From Bacteroidota bacterium (GTDB lineage: Bacteria > Bacteroidota > Bacteroidia > Bacteroidales > JADFUO01): a stretch of DNA of 64,000 nucleotides. Where the stretch lies: positions 306-64,305 of the forward strand of contig JAUXFX010000001.1 of assembly GCA_030622635.1 (NCBI GenBank), given 5' to 3'. The translations under genes and the position numbers were made by a program. A model generated the notes under the pieces. The model searched no databases. It saw only the letters and a list, made by a program, of their open reading frames with translations, and was not told where the DNA came from. Positions 58,422 through 64,000 of this stretch are shown here, piece after piece (position 1 is the first letter of the stretch; every line of letters starts with the position of its first letter).

Positions 58422-58721
58422 ATGAAAAAATCAGTATTAGATGTAGCTAAATTAGAAGCAGCTGCAAGCAAACTAAGAGCAATTGGACATCCTATGCGGA
58501 TTGCAATAATTGACATGTTAAATGATGAACCTCAAATGAATGTTACTAGAATTTACAAAGGGCTTGGTATTGAACAAGCTTCTGCTTCTCATCATTTGAA
58601 TATTTTAAAAACTAAAGGCGTTCTTGTTTCAAAACGGGATGGAAAAAAAATATTATATTCAATAAAAAATACGGCTTTGTCCGAAATTATTGATTGTATT
58701 AACAGGTGTAGTGATTATTAA
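58422..58721 (+). CDS. ArsR/SmtB-family transcriptional regulator
   Basis: 99 aa. It has LRAIGHPMRIAIIDML...QASASHHLNILKTKGVL. Confidence 0.8.
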   Translation: MKKSVLDVAKLEAAASKLRAIGHPMRIAIIDMLNDEPQMNVTRIYKGLGIEQASASHHLNILKTKGVLVSKRDGKKILYSIKNTALSEIIDCINRCSDY

Positions 58722-58737
58722 ATCTTATTATAAAACT

Positions 58738-60492
58738 CTATTGTAGCTCCCATTCTTCCTCAATATCCCAATTTGCACGTATATTAATATCGGTTGGGAG
58801 ATAATAGGTTTTTTCGGGCTGAATATTATTTATATAATCTCCTGTATCCCATCTGCCATTATTATTTGCGTCAAGTATTGCTTTAATCAAATATTTGCCG
58901 GGATTTAGGTATTCGTATTTGATAAGCTGCTTTTCCGTAATAAATTTTTCGTTTAATACATCTTCATTTTCATTTAATAATTGAATAATGTAATGGTTAT
59001 CCGGATTATCAATTTTGATATTCAGGTTAAGGATTCCATAATCGGTAAGCAATTTGGTTCGAAAATTTATTATAGTAGTATCATTACTGTGATTTTGTAA
59101 ATCAGTAAAAACCGAATCAGGAATAAATAATTGATAATTGGTGTTTTCGCTCCATTGACGTGATAATTGTGCCTCTCTTTTTACTGAATCTACAAATGTT
59201 ATTTGCGGAGAAACAATTGTGTCTTCACCTTCAATAAGCAGGATTTTAGAAAAATCATAATTTTTCACAGGATATGTAAATTTAATGCTCAGAGGCTTAT
59301 TAATATCTAAAGCATTTGCTTTTACATTTGACTTTATCTGGATTTTTTGTGGTTTTTCCTTGTCTTTTTTAAATCGTTTACCCCTGTCAGGTTTAACAAT
59401 AGCAATTTCAACGGTATCTAAAACAAGTGTATCATCAGTAATTTTTAAAATTAGTGTGTCAACATCAACATCTCTCATCCAGTAAATCACAGTGTCTTTC
59501 TCCGGATTAATCTCTTCAATCTTCCAATCAGTTTTAAACTGATGATTTAAAACTTCAATATTTAAATCTTTTGCAGGAAATTTAAAAATAAAGGCTAATT
59601 GTCCTTTACGGATTAATGATGCTTTTGTAAGTTGCTGTGTGGAATCAATTTCCTGAAAAAGAAAAAGCTTATATAAATTATTTTTAACAGTATCAATTTC
59701 AAGTGAATCATTAAACATTGTTTCATCTGTCAGACTATCAGCTATTAGACTGTCAAAGACAGGAAAATAATAATAATCAGGAATGAGCAGACTATCTGAG
59801 AAAGCGATTTCTTCATTTGGCATATCATATAAATAATTACCGTTTGCATCGCGTAAAGCAAAAATCTTATATGTTTTATTTTTCAAATTGTTCAATTCAA
59901 ATTCTCCTTTGCTATTGGTTTTTGAAACATAATAAGGCTTCACTAAATAAGGGACGGAATCAAAAGGTATGGTATCATTGTTATTAATATAAAGCATAAC
60001 AAATATATCTTCTTCCGGCTTAAGAGTAAATGCGTTTAAAACTTCACCGGTAATTGACAGGGAGTCAACAGTAGTGCCGGTTGAAAACACATATTCAAAA
60101 TTTGAAATGGGATTATTTTCAGTAATATCAGCTATTGCATCACCGAAAAAAATTGTATAAGTAGTACTGTCTTTTAATTTTTCATCAAATTTAATTACAA
60201 CAGATTTACCTTTTGTTTTAAAATCAGGCATGTCTTCTAAAGGAGGTGAAATAATTACCTGGCTATTCACTTCATTTAATTTAATAAATTCATCAAAATA
60301 GATATAAATTTTGTTGGTTGTAAAACCTGAAGAATAATTTGCAGGCACGCAATACAAAACCTGTGGGGGAGTAATATCCCTGGGACCTCCTTTCGGTGGA
60401 ATGGGATTAGCACAATCTGTAATGATTAAAAATACAGCAATTAACAATAATAAATTGAGTAATATTTTTTTAGTATCTATTATTTTTTTCAT
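58738..60492 (-). CDS. Lipoprotein with N-terminal SbsA-type Ig-like domain
   Basis: 584 aa. It has a lipobox-like ITDC, then PPKGGPRDITPPQV...GKSVVIKFDEKL...YTIFFGDAIADITENNP. Confidence 0.55.
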   Translation of the reverse strand: MKKIIDTKKILLNLLLLIAVFLIITDCANPIPPKGGPRDITPPQVLYCVPANYSSGFTTNKIYIYFDEFIKLNEVNSQVIISPPLEDMPDFKTKGKSVVIKFDEKLKDSTTYTIFFGDAIADITENNPISNFEYVFSTGTTVDSLSITGEVLNAFTLKPEEDIFVMLYINNNDTIPFDSVPYLVKPYYVSKTNSKGEFELNNLKNKTYKIFALRDANGNYLYDMPNEEIAFSDSLLIPDYYYFPVFDSLIADSLTDETMFNDSLEIDTVKNNLYKLFLFQEIDSTQQLTKASLIRKGQLAFIFKFPAKDLNIEVLNHQFKTDWKIEEINPEKDTVIYWMRDVDVDTLILKITDDTLVLDTVEIAIVKPDRGKRFKKDKEKPQKIQIKSNVKANALDINKPLSIKFTYPVKNYDFSKILLIEGEDTIVSPQITFVDSVKREAQLSRQWSENTNYQLFIPDSVFTDLQNHSNDTTIINFRTKLLTDYGILNLNIKIDNPDNHYIIQLLNENEDVLNEKFITEKQLIKYEYLNPGKYLIKAILDANNNGRWDTGDYINNIQPEKTYYLPTDINIRANWDIEEEWELQ

Positions 60493-60505
60493 ATTTTATT
60501 ATTTT

Positions 60506-60567
60506 CTTTGCGTCTTAGCGTCTTGGCGAGAGATTTATTTCACGCAAAGCCGCGAAGTCGCAAAGGA
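60506..60567. repeat. Syllable hairpin: (GCGTCTTN)x3 arm and (CGCNAAGN)x3 arm
   Basis: The arms are ctttgcgtcttagcgtcttggcgagag and cacgcaaagccgcgaagtcgcaaagga. They are about 80 percent complementary by eye over 23 nt. Confidence 0.8.
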
Positions 60568-60588
60568 TTATATAATTCTTTAATCAGT

Positions 60589-61212
60589 TTAATTTTCTTC
60601 TAAAAGCTTCCCAATCGTAAATCCTTTGTCAATAAAATGCTTTAAAAACCTCGGCAAGGCATATAAAACTTTTTCCTTTGCTTTTTTGCTGTCATGAAAA
60701 ACAACGATTGAACCTGCTTTTGTATTATTGACAGCGTTGCTCAGGCATTGTTCTTTGGTTATTTTATTATCAAAATCGCCTGTAAGCACCGACCACATTA
60801 TTATTGTATATTCTTTTTTTATTAATTTTATTTGTCTTGACGAAATTCTGCCGTAAGGTGGTCTGAATAAATATGATTCAAAATATTTTTCACACCTTTT
60901 AATATTTTTTATAAAATCATTTGTTTTTGTTTTCCATCCGTTTAAATGATTAAAAGTATGATTACCAACATCATGCCCTGCCTCAATTATTTTATTAAAG
61001 GTTTCGGGATAGTTTTTTACATTTTTACCAATACAGAAAAATGTTGCTTTAACATTAAAAATTTTTAAAATATTGAGAATTTCAGGTGTTACATCAGGAG
61101 TGGGACCATCGTCAAAAGTCAAATAGATCTTTTTCCGGTTATTCGGAATGTCCCAAACCAGGTTTTTTGAAAATAATTTTTTCAGCAGAAATGGTGTTTT
61201 AATAAAATACAA
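60589..61212 (-). CDS. Polysaccharide deacetylase (NodB homology domain)
   Basis: 207 aa. It has the LTFDDGP and GHDVGNHTFNH motifs. Confidence 0.85.
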   Translation of the reverse strand: MYFIKTPFLLKKLFSKNLVWDIPNNRKKIYLTFDDGPTPDVTPEILNILKIFNVKATFFCIGKNVKNYPETFNKIIEAGHDVGNHTFNHLNGWKTKTNDFIKNIKRCEKYFESYLFRPPYGRISSRQIKLIKKEYTIIMWSVLTGDFDNKITKEQCLSNAVNNTKAGSIVVFHDSKKAKEKVLYALPRFLKHFIDKGFTIGKLLEEN

Positions 61213-61230
61213 AGTTGTTATATTTTAAAT

Positions 61231-64000
61231 TTATTTCCTGATATTCTGATTTTGGAGATATAAGCCGTAATATTGTTCAAAAATGTCTCCTGATATTTTG
61301 CTTAAATCAGTTTGTTCGTATTCTTGTGTAAGCTGATTTATTTTGTGCAGTTTTGCCAAACCTTGTTGTTTTTCAAAATCAATCAATTTAGCTTTCTGTC
61401 CGGTAAACAAAAAATAATAATTCAAATCCTGCTCAGTTAATTCTATCAGTCTTAAAACAATTTCATTAGCTTTTTCGGTTTTACCGGCTTTATAATAAGC
61501 TTCTGCTATCGGCAAAACAAAATAATTATATCTTACAGTTTCATCAGGCATTAACTCAATACACCTGTTTAAAACCGCAACAGCAGAATCATTTTTCCCT
61601 TCAATTATTAACTCATCTGCCAGTCTTGTATAAATATTTCTCAAATTCATGGTCATCCTGATATTATCTTCATTAAGATAAATATCCGGATCCTGCATGC
61701 CTACATAAAATTTATTCATAAGGTTATCATACATCACATCCGTATTGATCCGTCCGATTTGTCCGTCGGTTCTTTTGGTTTTTATTGGCACTAAACGGTA
61801 AGCCATTCCTTCAAGCTGAAAGTAATCCGTAAGGTTTATGTAAGCATCATTACCTGTTGTAATAGCAAAATAAACAGGGCGCTTCCAATCATTGGTTGCC
61901 AGCAGGTCAAGGACCATAAGATGGTTTTTTTGAACTCCACCTCTGTTTAAAGTCCATTCAACAGGAACAATTTTATCAGCAAGTTCCAATGAAACCGTTC
62001 TGTTTTCAACAAGAGTTGAGGAGTCAACGGATACTTTAAATTGATTTGTCGGGATATAATCCAGCAGTCCTATCTGGCTGCTGAATTTTGAGTTGGGATT
62101 ATCACTGGCAACAAATGCCATGATTTCTTTCAAATCGTAATATTTATTAAGTAACTGTTCATTTTTAATTATTGGAACATAATCTCTTGTTCCCTGAATA
62201 TATTTATCTTTTGTTAATGAAAACGGTACAGGGTCGGAATCATAGGCTTTACGTTTAAGTTGATCAATATACCAATCGGTATTTAACAGGCTCATATTTG
62301 CAACACGAACATCGGTTCTAATGCCTTCAACTTCTTGTGCATACCATAGCGGGAAAGTATCATTATCACCGTTGGTAAACAGTATTGCGTTTTGAGCACA
62401 GGAGTTAAGATAATTTTTTGCAACCTGAAGTGCAGTATATCTGCCTGAGCGATCGTGGTCGTCCCAACCGTCTTTAGCCATGATTCCGGGAACTAATATC
62501 AAGCAAATTAATATTGTGGAAAAAGCAAAAATTTTCGGCTTGAATTTTTTTGCAAAAAAATCAAATATTGATAATACTCCCAAACCAATCCAAATTGCAA
62601 AAGCATAAAACGTAGCTGCATAAGCATAATCCCTTTCACGGGGTTGCGGTGAATACTGATTTAAATAAATTACAATGGCTATCCCGGTCATAATAAAAAG
62701 CAGAGAAACTACAATGCCATCCTTATAATTTTTGTTAAACTGATAAAATAATCCTATCAATCCCAATATCAGCGGAAGGAAATAAAATTTGTTTCTTCCT
62801 TTATTTTCCATGCTTTCAGGTAAATTATTTTGAGGGCCAAGTCTCCATTCATCAATAAAGTTAATACCGCTTATCCAATTACCTTTTAATAAGCATCCTC
62901 TTCCTTGTATATCATTTTGTCTTCCTGCAAAATTCCACATAAGATATCTGAAATACATGTGACCTAACTGGTACTTGAAGAAGAATCTGAGGTTTTCACC
63001 AAAAGTCGGGATGTGTTTATTATCAGGGTCTCTTTTAATGCCTGCCCATCTTTTATAATCGTCAACATAAATGGTTTCGGTACTACTCCACATTCGGGGA
63101 AAAATTGTTTCATATTTTGCATCATAAACAGGGATAGTATTTTTTCTGTCGTCTGAAATTACATATTTTCCCTTCTCCTTGTCTTTTATGTAAACAGGAT
63201 TTCCATCTTTTCTGTCAACCATTGGGGCATTATAATATTGTCCGTGCAAAAGGGGCCAATCACCATATTGTTCACGATTAAGGTATGCCAGCAGGCTGAT
63301 TGCATCTTCGGGATTGTTTTCATCAATCGGAGTATTTGCATTTGAACGAATGATCAATAAGAAAAATGAAGAATATCCTATTAAAATAAATATAAATCCA
63401 AGAATGATAGTATTAAGAATAACTTTTTTATGTTTTTTCGTATAAATTAATCCCCAGATAATTCCGCTTATTAATAAAATAAAATAAATTATTGTTCCGG
63501 TATTAAAGGGCAATCCGATTGAATTAACGAAAAACCTTTCAAAAAGACCGGCAAAATTTACTATCCATGGAACAATAACATACATTATTACAGATAAAAT
63601 AATAAATGAAATTATCAGTGTTATAAAAATTCCTTTTTTAGTTGGTTTATATTTTTTGAAATAATAAACAAATGTTATAGCAGGAATTGCAAGTAAGTTT
63701 AAAAGATGTACGCCAATTGATAATCCTATCAGGTAAGCAATTAATATCAGCCATCTGTACGAATGATTTTGGTCGGCAGTTTCTTCCCACTTTAATATAG
63801 CCCAGAAAACTACTGCTGTAAAAAATGATGACATTGCGTAGACTTCGCCTTCAACAGCCGAAAACCAGAAAGAATCGGAAAAAGTGAAAGCTAAGGCTCC
63901 GACAATTCCACTGCCGAAAATTGCATACATCTTTGCTTTGGTAATCTCACCTGAAGCAAGAACTATTTTTTTAGCCAGAATAGTAATTGACCAAAACAAG
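61231..64000 (-). CDS. DUF2723 (TMEM260-like) multi-pass membrane protein with C-terminal TPR region; partial, N-terminus beyond the window end
   Basis: More than 922 aa. SDSFWFSAVEGEVYAMSSFF and many TM helices are typical of DUF2723. The track 'start' at 63999 is a TTG at the window edge, so the gene is probably truncated by the window. Confidence 0.7.
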   Translation of the reverse strand, partial: LFWSITILAKKIVLASGEITKAKMYAIFGSGIVGALAFTFSDSFWFSAVEGEVYAMSSFFTAVVFWAILKWEETADQNHSYRWLILIAYLIGLSIGVHLLNLLAIPAITFVYYFKKYKPTKKGIFITLIISFIILSVIMYVIVPWIVNFAGLFERFFVNSIGLPFNTGTIIYFILLISGIIWGLIYTKKHKKVILNTIILGFIFILIGYSSFFLLIIRSNANTPIDENNPEDAISLLAYLNREQYGDWPLLHGQYYNAPMVDRKDGNPVYIKDKEKGKYVISDDRKNTIPVYDAKYETIFPRMWSSTETIYVDDYKRWAGIKRDPDNKHIPTFGENLRFFFKYQLGHMYFRYLMWNFAGRQNDIQGRGCLLKGNWISGINFIDEWRLGPQNNLPESMENKGRNKFYFLPLILGLIGLFYQFNKNYKDGIVVSLLFIMTGIAIVIYLNQYSPQPRERDYAYAATFYAFAIWIGLGVLSIFDFFAKKFKPKIFAFSTILICLILVPGIMAKDGWDDHDRSGRYTALQVAKNYLNSCAQNAILFTNGDNDTFPLWYAQEVEGIRTDVRVANMSLLNTDWYIDQLKRKAYDSDPVPFSLTKDKYIQGTRDYVPIIKNEQLLNKYYDLKEIMAFVASDNPNSKFSSQIGLLDYIPTNQFKVSVDSSTLVENRTVSLELADKIVPVEWTLNRGGVQKNHLMVLDLLATNDWKRPVYFAITTGNDAYINLTDYFQLEGMAYRLVPIKTKRTDGQIGRINTDVMYDNLMNKFYVGMQDPDIYLNEDNIRMTMNLRNIYTRLADELIIEGKNDSAVAVLNRCIELMPDETVRYNYFVLPIAEAYYKAGKTEKANEIVLRLIELTEQDLNYYFLFTGQKAKLIDFEKQQGLAKLHKINQLTQEYEQTDLSKISGDIFEQYYGLYLQNQNIRK

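Noticed and set aside
60401-60583. 60-aa plus-strand ORF
   Set aside because: It is antisense to the 5' end of the Ig-like lipoprotein gene and continues into the gcgtctt/cgcaaag hairpin.

Overview
This window is AT-rich (about one-third GC by eye, not computed) and looks like a chromosomal segment of a Bacteroidota/FCB-group bacterium. Support for that: a porP-gldK-gldL-gldM-gldN type IX secretion/gliding operon, a PorW/SprE-like lipoprotein, T9SS C-terminal sorting domains, and TAnnTTTG-type promoter boxes. Most of the window is housekeeping: mutS2, fabH-like, fabD, galE, rfbB, folE, dxr, rseP, recG, pheT, secG, groES/groEL, rlmN and adenine deaminase. I saw no tRNA, rRNA, CRISPR array, integrase or transposase. 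The non-core part is a mosaic of about 8.6 kb (18.1-26.7 kb) bracketed by two direct copies of a RelE/ParE toxin-antitoxin module; the second copy has lost its toxin. It contains a beta-propeller sensor kinase, a response regulator, hicB-hicA-hicB, a tail-fiber-like protein with a T9SS-tagged partner, and a four-helix-bundle (23S-rRNA-IVS/Avd-like) gene. That last gene is flanked by a perfect 48-nt direct repeat plus an inverted arm. My best candidates for something undescribed are three: (1) this ORF+repeat cassette splitting the two-component operon; (2) a window-wide family of intergenic short-period 'syllable' arrays, often built as arm plus imperfect reverse-complement arm; (3) a sigma-54-type -24/-12 element upstream of groESL near a sensor-less enhancer-binding protein. 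All family assignments come from motif recognition by eye. No searches or folding computations were run.
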